From: a virus
Lineage: Duplodnaviria > Caudoviricetes
Virus record (IMG/VR): IMGVR_UViG_3300049999_000147
Coordinates: 1 to 58,821 of that record
Strand: one strand, 5' to 3'
DNA: 58,821 nt
Of this stretch, positions 27,369-36,926 are shown in pieces; position 1 is the stretch's first letter, and every line of letters begins with the position of its first letter. The notes under the pieces were generated by a model. The model had not been told where the DNA came from. It saw only the letters and a list, made by a program, of their open reading frames with translations, and made no database searches. The translations under genes and the position numbers were made by a program.

Positions 27369-28737
27369 TAAAAGTGTGTTCATGACAGCAGCAGACGAAA
27401 TGAAAGATAAGCTAGGTCCTAGCTTATGTTTAGCTAAGTGGCAGCAAGTAAGTTTACACCTGCCAACAGGAATGACTAACAGTTGTTATCACCCACCCTT
27501 ACATAAAATAGATGCAGAGCCGTTAAAGTTCCACCCTGGTAAGCTACATAATACAAAGCATAAGAAGCTTCAACGTAAACTAATGAAAGAAGGTATACGC
27601 CCAGAAGAATGTAGCACGTGTTGGAGTGCAGAAGATAACGGACAATTAAGCGACAGACACTATCGTTCTAGCGAGCCTTGGGCGTCGGAACATTATGATA
27701 AAATAACAAACGAAGCATGGGACAAAGATGTTGTTCCTAGTTATGTAGAAGTTAACTTTAGTCACGCATGTAATCTAGCTTGCAGTTATTGCAGCCCGCA
27801 GTTCTCATCTACGTGGGGCAAAGATGTTAATCGTTGGGGGCCGTATCCAACCAGCAAGCCACACAATAATCCGGAACACTTGCCAAAGCCCATACCAGTA
27901 CGCGAAGACAATCCGTACGTGGACGCATTTTGGAAATGGTGGCCGGAGTTGTATCCTAAGCTTAAACACTTTAGGATGACAGGTGGCGAACCCTTAATGG
28001 ATAAGAATACGCATCGCGTATTCGACTATATACTATCCTTTCCTAAGTCCGATTTGCACGTAGACGTCACTAGTAATTTTAGTGTAGAGCCTACATTATT
28101 TGACCCATACTTTGATAAGGTTAAACAGTTATGCAAAGGCGAACGTATAGAACATTTTATGCAGTATGTTAGCGTCGACACCGGGGATCCAATGAAAGCA
28201 GAATATATACGTGACGGCTTAGATTATAATAGACTAATAAGATATGTCGAAAAGTTTTTAGGGAAAATACCCGAGCGCAATAGTCTAACGTTTATTATAA
28301 CGTTAAACAATCTCAGCATCACAAGTCTACAATTATTATTGCAAAGGATATTAACTTATAGGAAAGCATACAACATAGACTATCAACGTGTTTGGTTTGA
28401 TACGCCAGTGCTTCGTTCGCCGACATGGCAGAGCATACAAATATTACCGTTGTCTTATGTTAGACAGCTAGAAGATATTGTAGAATGGATGAAGCGCAAC
28501 CAAACAGACGAAGAGGATAACAAGTTAATCGGATTTAAGGATTACGAAATACAACGTATGGAACGTAACTTAGCATGGATGAAAGAAGAGTTAGACGATA
28601 GCTATATTAAAGAACAACGTGCAGACTTTTACAGATTCTTTGAGGAATATGACTTACGTAGGAATAGAGATTTTGTAACAGTATTTCCAGAGATGCGTGA
28701 ATGGTATCAGGAGTGTAAATTTCATGCCGGGAAGTAA
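27343..28737 (+). CDS. Radical SAM protein with N-terminal twitch/SPASM-like Cys cluster
   Basis: CNLACSYC, TGGEP; N-terminal CLAKW..SCYHP..CSTCW. Confidence 0.9.
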   Translation: MQEKKIKDNKSVFMTAADEMKDKLGPSLCLAKWQQVSLHLPTGMTNSCYHPPLHKIDAEPLKFHPGKLHNTKHKKLQRKLMKEGIRPEECSTCWSAEDNGQLSDRHYRSSEPWASEHYDKITNEAWDKDVVPSYVEVNFSHACNLACSYCSPQFSSTWGKDVNRWGPYPTSKPHNNPEHLPKPIPVREDNPYVDAFWKWWPELYPKLKHFRMTGGEPLMDKNTHRVFDYILSFPKSDLHVDVTSNFSVEPTLFDPYFDKVKQLCKGERIEHFMQYVSVDTGDPMKAEYIRDGLDYNRLIRYVEKFLGKIPERNSLTFIITLNNLSITSLQLLLQRILTYRKAYNIDYQRVWFDTPVLRSPTWQSIQILPLSYVRQLEDIVEWMKRNQTDEEDNKLIGFKDYEIQRMERNLAWMKEELDDSYIKEQRADFYRFFEEYDLRRNRDFVTVFPEMREWYQECKFHAGK

Positions 28738-30061
28738 AGAGTATATAGATAACATTAACAAAACCTATAGCAAAACATTCTGTGGTGCTAAATATTATAA
28801 TGCCACTATCTGGTTAGGTAGTGGACAAACCTCTAGCTGCCACCATCCGCCGCAACATGCAATTGATGTTGATGCATTAAAAGCTAACCCAAAAGCATTG
28901 CACAACACAACACAAAAGAAATTAGAACGTTCGCAAATGCAAAAAGGAGAACGACCACCGGGCTGTGAATACTGCTGGAAGCTAGAAGATGCAGGACAGA
29001 TAAGTGATAGGGTGTGGAAAACTGGTCTTCACGATAAAGATAATTTATTAGAAAAAGCCTTTAATTCTAACAATAGCGAAGATTTCAATTTACGCACATT
29101 AGAAATAGCGTTTGATAGAACATGCCAGTTCGCTTGCTCTTACTGTAACCCGGCATTCTCTACAACATGGGTGCGTGATATAAAAGACAATGGACCGTAC
29201 ACAGATTTAACAAGCGATGGAGCCGGACACTTTGATCACGCACACGATGCCGCACAATTATTTAAAGCAAAGGACGATAACCCGTATGTAGAAGCGTTCT
29301 TTAAATGGTGGGAAAGTGACCTACATAAAACGTTAGACGAGTTACGTATTACTGGCGGAGAACCGTTAATGACAGAACACACATGGCGGCTATTAGATTG
29401 GTTCCAAAAGAACAAAGGACAAAGTAATACTCGCCTAGCAATTAATAGTAACTTAGGATTTGATACTTGTACAGTTGACAAGTTGCTAGATGCAACTGAG
29501 GGTATAGAGCTCGACTTGTACACCTCAAACGAAAGTATTGGTGCGCAGGCAGAATACATACGAGACGGACACAACTACGAGCAATGGAAAGATAACATAG
29601 AGTATCTGTTAAAGAGTAAACGGTTGCGTAGACTCCATATTATGTGTACAATAAATGCATTATGTTTAGAGAGTTTACCACAGTTATTAAATCAAATACT
29701 CAAGTGGAAAAAATTAGCGGATGTTAGTTTTTCTTTAAATATATTACAATATCCTAGATTTCAAAGTGTACTAGTGTTACCAAAAGAGCTTAGAGAGCGG
29801 TTCGAATATAATTTAATGTCGTGGATAGGACCTAATAATAATATGTTAGAAGAACACGAAAAAGATCATGTACTGAGATTGATAGGATATTTACAAAAAG
29901 ATAATAAAGACGATTATGGTAAAATGCAAATGCTACAGGAGCCCATTGAATCTCCGATGTTTAAAGATGATTTTAAGAATTTTTATAAACAGTATGATAA
30001 AAGACGTAATAAAAATTTTGCAGAAACATTTCCTATTATTAACAAATGGGTTGATATTTAA
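28697..30061 (+). CDS. Radical SAM protein with N-terminal twitch/SPASM-like cluster (start possibly 28724)
   Basis: CQFACSYC, TGGEP; N-terminal CGAKY..SCHHP..CEYCW; paralog of 27343. Confidence 0.9.
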   Translation: MNGIRSVNFMPGSKEYIDNINKTYSKTFCGAKYYNATIWLGSGQTSSCHHPPQHAIDVDALKANPKALHNTTQKKLERSQMQKGERPPGCEYCWKLEDAGQISDRVWKTGLHDKDNLLEKAFNSNNSEDFNLRTLEIAFDRTCQFACSYCNPAFSTTWVRDIKDNGPYTDLTSDGAGHFDHAHDAAQLFKAKDDNPYVEAFFKWWESDLHKTLDELRITGGEPLMTEHTWRLLDWFQKNKGQSNTRLAINSNLGFDTCTVDKLLDATEGIELDLYTSNESIGAQAEYIRDGHNYEQWKDNIEYLLKSKRLRRLHIMCTINALCLESLPQLLNQILKWKKLADVSFSLNILQYPRFQSVLVLPKELRERFEYNLMSWIGPNNNMLEEHEKDHVLRLIGYLQKDNKDDYGKMQMLQEPIESPMFKDDFKNFYKQYDKRRNKNFAETFPIINKWVDI

Positions 30062-32577
30062 TGACTAAAAAGAGCAACGAAGAAAAATACTATAATAACG
30101 AAAATAATAAATATCACACACCGAAACCTTTAAACGTAGAGTTAGAAGATTTACGCGATGACCAAAAAGAACGATTAACCGATAGTAAAACTTTTTGTAT
30201 GATTCCGTGGATTCATTTGCATTCATTTCCTAACGGTCAAGCGTATCCGTGTTGTTCATCTGACTCTGCTTACCCAGTAGGTAGTTTCAAAAAGGACACA
30301 ATGAAAACGGTATGGAATAACAAACCATTGCGTGACATGCGTAATAACATGTTAGAAAACAAAGAGTGCAAAGAATGTACACGATGTTATGAACGCGAAA
30401 ACAATGGCTTTTTTAGTATGCGCAACGAAAGTAATAAACGATTTGGTCACCATATTGATTTAGTTGACAAAACAAACAAAGACGGATCCCTTGATGAATT
30501 TAAACTGCGATACTATGATATCAGGTTTAGCAACTTATGTAATTTTAGTTGTCGTACATGCGGAACATGGTTTAGCAGTAGTTGGTACAAGGAACAAAAA
30601 GACACGCACGGATCGCCAGGTCACCCACAAATTATGTATGCTGGTCGTACAGAAGAAGATATGTGGGAGCAGATGCAGGAGCATATCCCTAATTTAGAAC
30701 AAATATATTTTGCTGGTGGCGAACCGTTGATAATGGAAGAACATTATAAATTGCTCGATGAATTAGTTGATCGTAAAATGTTTGATGTTAAATTATTATA
30801 TAATACCAATTTTAGTAAATTTATGCTTAAAGATAAGTCTGTATTAGAATACTGGAAGAAATTTAATAGTGTTAGTGTTGGCGCAAGTTTAGATGCAATG
30901 GGTTCTCGTGCTGAATATATGCGTAAAGGAACGGTGTGGACTGAAATTGAAGAGAATAGAAAACTAATGCAACAGGAATGTCCTAACGTAGATTTTTATG
31001 TAAGTTCAACAGTTAGTATCTATAATATATTACATATAACTGACTTTCATCGCGATTGGGCAGAACGTGGGCTAGTAAGAGCAGAGGATTGGAATATTAA
31101 TATTTTGCAAAGCCCGGAACATTGTCGGATTGACGTGTTACCGGAAGTCTACAAAGATATAGCACGTGAAAAAATTAATAAACATCTCGAGTGGCTAAAG
31201 GATAAAGATCCTTTGCAACGTGCAACAGAAGGATTTAAAGGAATATTACAATTTATTAACGACAACCAAGAAGCCAGGCTAGACGAGTTTTTTCGTGTTA
31301 ATAACTTTTCAGACAAATACAGAAAAGAAGTATTCGAAGATGCGTTCCCTGAATACAAAGATTTAAGAAGCTATAGTGCTTTACCAAAAAAAATATGTAT
31401 GTTGCCGTGGGTTAGTATAGAAACAAGTCCAACAGGGACAATTCGTCCTTGCTGTTTAGCGACAGAAGAAATTACAAAACCCGATGGTACTAAGTACAAC
31501 TTAAATAAGGATACATTAAAAGAAGCATTTAATAGTGAGTACATGCAAGACCTAAGAAAACAATTTTTGCAAGATAAACAACCAGAGACGTGTAAACGAT
31601 GTTGGGTAGAAGAAGATGCAGGTCGCACTAGTAAACGTATGCATAATCGGGTTAAATTAAAAGATCATTATCATGATGTAGATTGGCACAACACCGATCC
31701 AGACCAGCCCTGGTTTCTTGATCTCAAGTTAGGAAACATATGTAATTTAAAATGCAGAATATGCGGGTCGTGGTCAAGTAGTAAATGGGCAAAAGAAGAA
31801 GTAACAAATTCTCCATCTCCCGGCGATCCAAAATTACATATAGCTTACGAGCATTTACAAAAAGGTACGTGGCCGAGAAACAACGATTTGTTCTGGGATA
31901 ATTTAAAAACATTGTTACCGCACGTAAAGTATTTTGAATTTACTGGTGGCGAACCATTTTTAATTGATCAGCATTTTAAGATATTAGAGTATGCAGTAGA
32001 ACAAGGTTATGCTAAAGATATTGACATACATTATAATACAAATGGTACTGTATTTCCAGAGAAGCATTACCTATGGAAAGAATTTAAACATGTAGAGATT
32101 GCATTTAGTATTGATAACACAGGCAGTCGGTTTGAGTATGAACGGTTTGGTGCGAAGTGGTACGAAGTACAAGATAATATTAAAAAAATAACAGCAATGA
32201 AATCTGATAAATTGTCGACTCAGATATGCACTACGGTCAATATACAAAATGTTTATTATCTCCCGGAAATAATAGAATGGATAGAAACACAAGAATTTGA
32301 TTATGTGTATTTTAACATGTTACATGATCCACAGCATATGAATATTTCTAATATGACGTTTGATGCAATGATATTAGTAATGGACAAATTAACTTCTATA
32401 TCGTACAAAGAAGAATATGCAGATGAAATTAACAAAATATTAAATTTAGTGAATCCAAACGATATACACGAAAATAAAGAATTTAATAATTACATGAAAA
32501 AGACAGACAAGTTTAGAAAACAAAAGTTTAGCGACACTCATCCAGAGATTGCAAAGGCTATGGGCTATGACAAATAA
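30061..32577 (+). CDS. Tandem double radical SAM protein (two twitch+rSAM units)
   Basis: Unit 1: CMIPW..PCC..CTRC, CNFSCRTC, AGGEP. Unit 2: CMLPW..PCC..CKRC, CNLKCRIC, TGGEP. Confidence 0.9.
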   Translation: MTKKSNEEKYYNNENNKYHTPKPLNVELEDLRDDQKERLTDSKTFCMIPWIHLHSFPNGQAYPCCSSDSAYPVGSFKKDTMKTVWNNKPLRDMRNNMLENKECKECTRCYERENNGFFSMRNESNKRFGHHIDLVDKTNKDGSLDEFKLRYYDIRFSNLCNFSCRTCGTWFSSSWYKEQKDTHGSPGHPQIMYAGRTEEDMWEQMQEHIPNLEQIYFAGGEPLIMEEHYKLLDELVDRKMFDVKLLYNTNFSKFMLKDKSVLEYWKKFNSVSVGASLDAMGSRAEYMRKGTVWTEIEENRKLMQQECPNVDFYVSSTVSIYNILHITDFHRDWAERGLVRAEDWNINILQSPEHCRIDVLPEVYKDIAREKINKHLEWLKDKDPLQRATEGFKGILQFINDNQEARLDEFFRVNNFSDKYRKEVFEDAFPEYKDLRSYSALPKKICMLPWVSIETSPTGTIRPCCLATEEITKPDGTKYNLNKDTLKEAFNSEYMQDLRKQFLQDKQPETCKRCWVEEDAGRTSKRMHNRVKLKDHYHDVDWHNTDPDQPWFLDLKLGNICNLKCRICGSWSSSKWAKEEVTNSPSPGDPKLHIAYEHLQKGTWPRNNDLFWDNLKTLLPHVKYFEFTGGEPFLIDQHFKILEYAVEQGYAKDIDIHYNTNGTVFPEKHYLWKEFKHVEIAFSIDNTGSRFEYERFGAKWYEVQDNIKKITAMKSDKLSTQICTTVNIQNVYYLPEIIEWIETQEFDYVYFNMLHDPQHMNISNMTFDAMILVMDKLTSISYKEEYADEINKILNLVNPNDIHENKEFNNYMKKTDKFRKQKFSDTHPEIAKAMGYDK

Positions 32578-33727
32578 ATTAAATAAAGATATATGTCTTG
32601 CTCCGTATTTTTCAACATGGGTATCGCCAACTATTTTACGCCCTTGTCCTGTTATAACTGGGCATTGGAGTAATAATTGTGAAACAATTAAAGATGGTAT
32701 AAATTCGAGTAAGTGGGTTGAGTTACGAAAACATTTCATAGCAAATTCTTGTCATGATAATGCAGAATGTGTAGCTTGTGCGTATGCAGAACGTTCAAAC
32801 TCTATAAGTACAAGACAATTAAGTAATGATTTAGCATTTGAAAAATTTCCTATAAACGTAATTAACGAAGTGAACCAAATAATAGAAAATGATTGCAAGG
32901 TAGAAAACATTTATACCCTAGAGTATTTTCCTAGTAACTATTGTAATTATCAATGCATAATGTGTAACGGGGGTGCAAGTAGTAGTAGAAACACATTTGA
33001 ATTTAATATAACAGGCGTTAAGACAGAATTGCAAGATGATTTATTAGAGCCGGATTTTTATAATGTTATTAATAATCTAACGATATTAAGTTTAGTAGGT
33101 GGCGAAACTATATTGCAACCCCGAGTACATGAATTAATTGATCATCTTATAGATTGTGATATTGCTAATAATATCACAATAACTATGTTAACAAACGTTA
33201 GTTCATTCCCTGATAGCCTTATGGAAAAATTCAAACAGTTTAAAGAAGTGTTCTACACGTTAAGTATAGACGGAACAGAAGATGTAATAGAATATCAACG
33301 ACGCGGCGCTAAGTGGGAAGATGTAAAAACAAATGCAGTTAAAATTAATAGTAACTTTGGTTCTGTTGTTAATTATGTACTAACATCAGTTAATGTTTTT
33401 AGTTTTGATAAATTTGTTGCTTGGTTACACGAAGTACACTTAGACATTGTGTTTGTTACTATGGAAAATACCACAGGCTATCTCGGTGTTGAATCGCTAC
33501 CCGATGAACTTAGATTACCACTAATAGAAAAATTAAAGATGGAAAAAGCAAAGTATACAGAGCAATGGTGTATTGATTTATTAGACGAAGTTGTAAACAT
33601 ACTTAGTAAACAAACACACGACCCGCAACAGTTAGAACGTTTTATAGAACATATAAAAATTGAAGATTCTGTTAGTAAAAAATCTCTAGTAGAAGTTGTA
33701 CCAGAATGGATACCATACTTTGAGTAA
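32549..33727 (+). CDS. Radical SAM protein with N-terminal Cys cluster (start probably 32567)
   Basis: CNYQCIMC, VGGET; N-terminal CLAPY..RPC..CVAC. Confidence 0.85.
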   Translation: MQRLWAMTNKLNKDICLAPYFSTWVSPTILRPCPVITGHWSNNCETIKDGINSSKWVELRKHFIANSCHDNAECVACAYAERSNSISTRQLSNDLAFEKFPINVINEVNQIIENDCKVENIYTLEYFPSNYCNYQCIMCNGGASSSRNTFEFNITGVKTELQDDLLEPDFYNVINNLTILSLVGGETILQPRVHELIDHLIDCDIANNITITMLTNVSSFPDSLMEKFKQFKEVFYTLSIDGTEDVIEYQRRGAKWEDVKTNAVKINSNFGSVVNYVLTSVNVFSFDKFVAWLHEVHLDIVFVTMENTTGYLGVESLPDELRLPLIEKLKMEKAKYTEQWCIDLLDEVVNILSKQTHDPQQLERFIEHIKIEDSVSKKSLVEVVPEWIPYFE

Positions 33728-35009
33728 ACCAAAAACAATGTGCTATGCTCCGTGGGTGCATACGTACTTAAGCCCACAAACAGAACGACGAATGTGTTGT
33801 GCTAGTCGCGAGCCAGCGCAAAACTTTAAGCAATACATAGACACCGAAGCAGGTGATGGCAACTATAATCCGTTGACGTTAGAGGAACACTGGAACAGCG
33901 ACCACATGCGTAGTGTACGTCGAAGAATGTTAGCAGGCGAAACGCTTCCTGAGTGCGAGGTGTGTAATGACAAGCTCTTAAACACAGATGTTTACCGCAG
34001 TTATTTCGACCACATGTTTGGTGATAAATATTATGACATACAGACACAAACAGATGAAACAGGATATACAACTTTAAAGCCTATCTCTTGGGATTATAGA
34101 TTTAGCAATCTATGCAATTTTAAATGTCGTATGTGCGGTGACATGCTATCAAGTTCTTGGGAAACAGAACAAAAACAGCATAACATGTTAGACCTAAACA
34201 ATCCAAAAAATGCTTGGATGAAACCAGAAGTAAAAGGTCAAATTACTGACTTTCAAAATACACAAATCGAAAAGGAATTTGCTCAGGCAGTTGAAGAGCA
34301 CAGAATCGAGGAAGTGTACTGGGTGGGTGGTGAACCGCTTATGTACGAACAACACTGGCGTTACATGAAACGCATAATTGAATTAGGAGATGGACCAAAA
34401 ATTTATGTTAGATACAACACAAATCTTAGTCGGGTTACTTACGGCACCGACAATCTTTATACTGATATATTACCTCGGGTACGCGACTGGCAAATCTGCG
34501 CGAGCATCGACGGAACTAAAGAAATTGGAGAGTATTGTAGAACAGGACTTAACTACAATACGTGGCTTAAAAACTTCGCCGAAGGAGTTAGAAGCAGAAC
34601 TACACGAGACCAACTTAGAATTGACTTTACTCTTACACTGCCAGGAATGTTTGAACTTAAACGAATCGAAGACCTGTCGAGAACACACGAAGTAGATATA
34701 CTTGCTAAAGTTATCTTTAGCTTTACCCCGGACATCTTATTAAGCCCGCTAGCACTACCCCGCAAGCTATTAAACAATTGGATAGATGATATTTTAGGTA
34801 CTATAGATAGTGTACCTTTAACAGATCTTCTGCTACAATTAAAGACTAGACCGAACTTTGAAGAACAATGGCCAGATGAATATGTAGCTGGCATAAAGAA
34901 GGGCAAGGCACGTGTCTTGCAAATTGAAAAGATCCGCAACGATACATATACGTTAGCGGATATATTATCAACAAGGAAAGAAGTTTATGATTGGTACAAA
35001 TCAATCTAA
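33696..35009 (+). CDS. Radical SAM protein with N-terminal twitch/SPASM-like cluster (start possibly TTG 33720)
   Basis: CNFKCRMC, VGGEP; N-terminal CYAPW..MCC..CEVC. Confidence 0.9.
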   Translation: MYQNGYHTLSKPKTMCYAPWVHTYLSPQTERRMCCASREPAQNFKQYIDTEAGDGNYNPLTLEEHWNSDHMRSVRRRMLAGETLPECEVCNDKLLNTDVYRSYFDHMFGDKYYDIQTQTDETGYTTLKPISWDYRFSNLCNFKCRMCGDMLSSSWETEQKQHNMLDLNNPKNAWMKPEVKGQITDFQNTQIEKEFAQAVEEHRIEEVYWVGGEPLMYEQHWRYMKRIIELGDGPKIYVRYNTNLSRVTYGTDNLYTDILPRVRDWQICASIDGTKEIGEYCRTGLNYNTWLKNFAEGVRSRTTRDQLRIDFTLTLPGMFELKRIEDLSRTHEVDILAKVIFSFTPDILLSPLALPRKLLNNWIDDILGTIDSVPLTDLLLQLKTRPNFEEQWPDEYVAGIKKGKARVLQIEKIRNDTYTLADILSTRKEVYDWYKSI

Positions 35010-36141
35010 GGTACGTGTAATATTACGAGACCCAAAAAATCTTAATACTAAATTAACATATATAATTAATCCCTGTGATACCCCAATTGCTAAAGATTGG
35101 ATTGTAGCATTAAAAGGTATTTTAGAACAGAAGCTTTACTTAGAAAAGAATTACTGCTTTTTGGGTTTCCCTAATTCGGCTCGAGATTTAAATTATCTCT
35201 GTGATAAAATGAATGAAGCAGTAGAGATAATAAACAATTTTAATCAGAGTGGTCCTTGGATCGAAGCAGGCATTCCGTATTTAATCGAAGAACACTTTAC
35301 ACCCGATGCAGTACGTTACAGCGAAAATTATCCTGTTGCAACAATAGATGATCACGAGCCAATCGGACTTACACTTAAGCATGGTATAATGAATCGTATA
35401 CATAATCACTTTGAACGATTACAAGGTACGTTGGGTAATCTAAGCAAGTGGTACAAACTAGCAGACGATAAAACAAAGTATGCTATTAGGCAGACTAACA
35501 TTCTTTGTCACGAAATAGAGTCTTTAGCAATGGGACAACGTATGTCAAAACATGCACCGGAGTGGGTGCGCCCTAGTCAAATAACCACGTACATAGGTGA
35601 CATCCAACGCTTTCCATTGAAAGACAATCATAAGCAATCGTTTATCGACAACGGGTACGATAGAGAGTTTGCGCACGTATACATGCACTGGACACAAATA
35701 GGTAAAACATTAGTAGAAGTATTCCGCGACGAACGTGGTCCTGAAATGGATAGAACAATATGCGAAGCAATTAACTCATTAAAGAATTATAGCGGAGAGT
35801 TTGATGTAGAGTGGGGTAAGGATGTTACTTACTCGGATAAATGTCCGTGGCACGTCGAAGAGCAAGATGCATATAAGATTTGGCTACAGGATAACGATAT
35901 TGATCCTAACGACCCCGAGCTTTGCTTGGGCTTTATGCAAATTGGTGAAATAGACTTAGAGGAAAGTTTTGGTACAACAGATCAAGTTGAAATTAGAAAA
36001 ATACTAGGAAACTTTCAAGACTTGTATTCCATCGAAGTAGACGGAGTTAAAGCAGTTTATGACTATTGTTGGACAGACGAAGATTACAAAGAACAACAAA
36101 TAGCAATTATGAAAGATGGCTACGCACAGACTAGTGAATAA
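34987..36141 (+). CDS. Hypothetical protein in the modification cluster
   Basis: 384-aa ORF overlapping the last rSAM gene; His-containing motifs NRIHNHFE and ILCHEIE. Confidence 0.6.
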   Translation: MIGTNQSKVRVILRDPKNLNTKLTYIINPCDTPIAKDWIVALKGILEQKLYLEKNYCFLGFPNSARDLNYLCDKMNEAVEIINNFNQSGPWIEAGIPYLIEEHFTPDAVRYSENYPVATIDDHEPIGLTLKHGIMNRIHNHFERLQGTLGNLSKWYKLADDKTKYAIRQTNILCHEIESLAMGQRMSKHAPEWVRPSQITTYIGDIQRFPLKDNHKQSFIDNGYDREFAHVYMHWTQIGKTLVEVFRDERGPEMDRTICEAINSLKNYSGEFDVEWGKDVTYSDKCPWHVEEQDAYKIWLQDNDIDPNDPELCLGFMQIGEIDLEESFGTTDQVEIRKILGNFQDLYSIEVDGVKAVYDYCWTDEDYKEQQIAIMKDGYAQTSE

Positions 36142-36142
36142 A

Positions 36143-36150
36143 TATAAATA
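36143..36150 (+). promoter_or_regulatory. T4-like late promoter TATAAATA
   Basis: Exact T4 gp55 consensus in the only clear intergenic gap within the plus-strand cluster. Related NATAAATA motifs lie before genes at 13848, 17830, 19320 and (minus) 53304-53311. Confidence 0.5.
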
Positions 36151-36167
36151 CAGTATAGGAGAATTTA

Positions 36168-36290
36168 ATGAAGATAATAGAAAAAATTACTAGCCCTTTT
36201 AAAAAGATACGTAATAGAATAAAACTTGAAATACAGTATCGCAAAAAGTTAAAAGAACTAAAGCGTAGAGACCCGTTTATATACAAATAA
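36168..36290 (+). CDS. 40-aa basic peptide not in the ORF track (MKIIEKITSPFKKIRNRIKLEIQYRKKLKELKRRDPFIYK)
   Basis: AGGAG SD at 36157-36161, ATG 36168, TAA abutting the next ATG at 36291. Confidence 0.8.
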   Translation: MKIIEKITSPFKKIRNRIKLEIQYRKKLKELKRRDPFIYK

Positions 36291-36926
36291 ATGAACATCC
36301 TGGCAATTGGTGATAGTTTTACTTACGGTGAGGAACTCAAAGATAGAAATAATGCATGGCCTCAACTAATACAACAACAAACTGGCTGTAATGTTACTAA
36401 CCTCGGCGATCCCGGGGCAGGCAACACACGCATTATCCGAGAAATTGTTAGTCGAATAGATGATTACGATTTATTTATTATAGCATGGAGCCACTATGCT
36501 AGAGTAGAATTTGCTGATTGTTATGGGGTATTTGATATATGGCCAGGGGCTATTAATTTGTTTAATCACTTACCGGAGCTAGCACATCGTGTACAACTTA
36601 TAAAGCATATAACACGGCATCACAACGACGAGTATGAATTTCAGCAATTTTTAGTTAATGCAATTATGCTGCAGAATTACTTGAAGTGTCATGATAAAAA
36701 GTATATAATGGTTAATACATCATGCGACGATATAACAGATTTTATTGATAACAGTTTAACAGATCAATTAGATAAAGAATGTTTTATGGGATGGCCAAAT
36801 GAATCCTTGCAACAATGGGCAAAAGAAACGCCACACGGAAAAGGCGGTCACTTCTTAGAAGAAGGACATCAACTAGTAGCGGAGAAAGTATATCAAGATC
36901 TTAGGAATAAGCAGTGGCTTCCATGA
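36291..36926 (+). CDS. SGNH/GDSL hydrolase-like protein
   Basis: GDSFTYG block I, NLGDPGAGN, GGHF..EGH. Confidence 0.8.
   Translation: MNILAIGDSFTYGEELKDRNNAWPQLIQQQTGCNVTNLGDPGAGNTRIIREIVSRIDDYDLFIIAWSHYARVEFADCYGVFDIWPGAINLFNHLPELAHRVQLIKHITRHHNDEYEFQQFLVNAIMLQNYLKCHDKKYIMVNTSCDDITDFIDNSLTDQLDKECFMGWPNESLQQWAKETPHGKGGHFLEEGHQLVAEKVYQDLRNKQWLP

Noticed and set aside
30061-32577. Intein in the long radical SAM gene
   Set aside because: The extra length is explained by a second complete twitch+rSAM unit; no splice-junction or LAGLIDADG motifs were seen.
27343-35009. Calling the rSAM genes moaA, pqqE or nrdG
   Set aside because: They have N-terminal rather than C-terminal auxiliary Cys clusters and lack the partner genes of those pathways.
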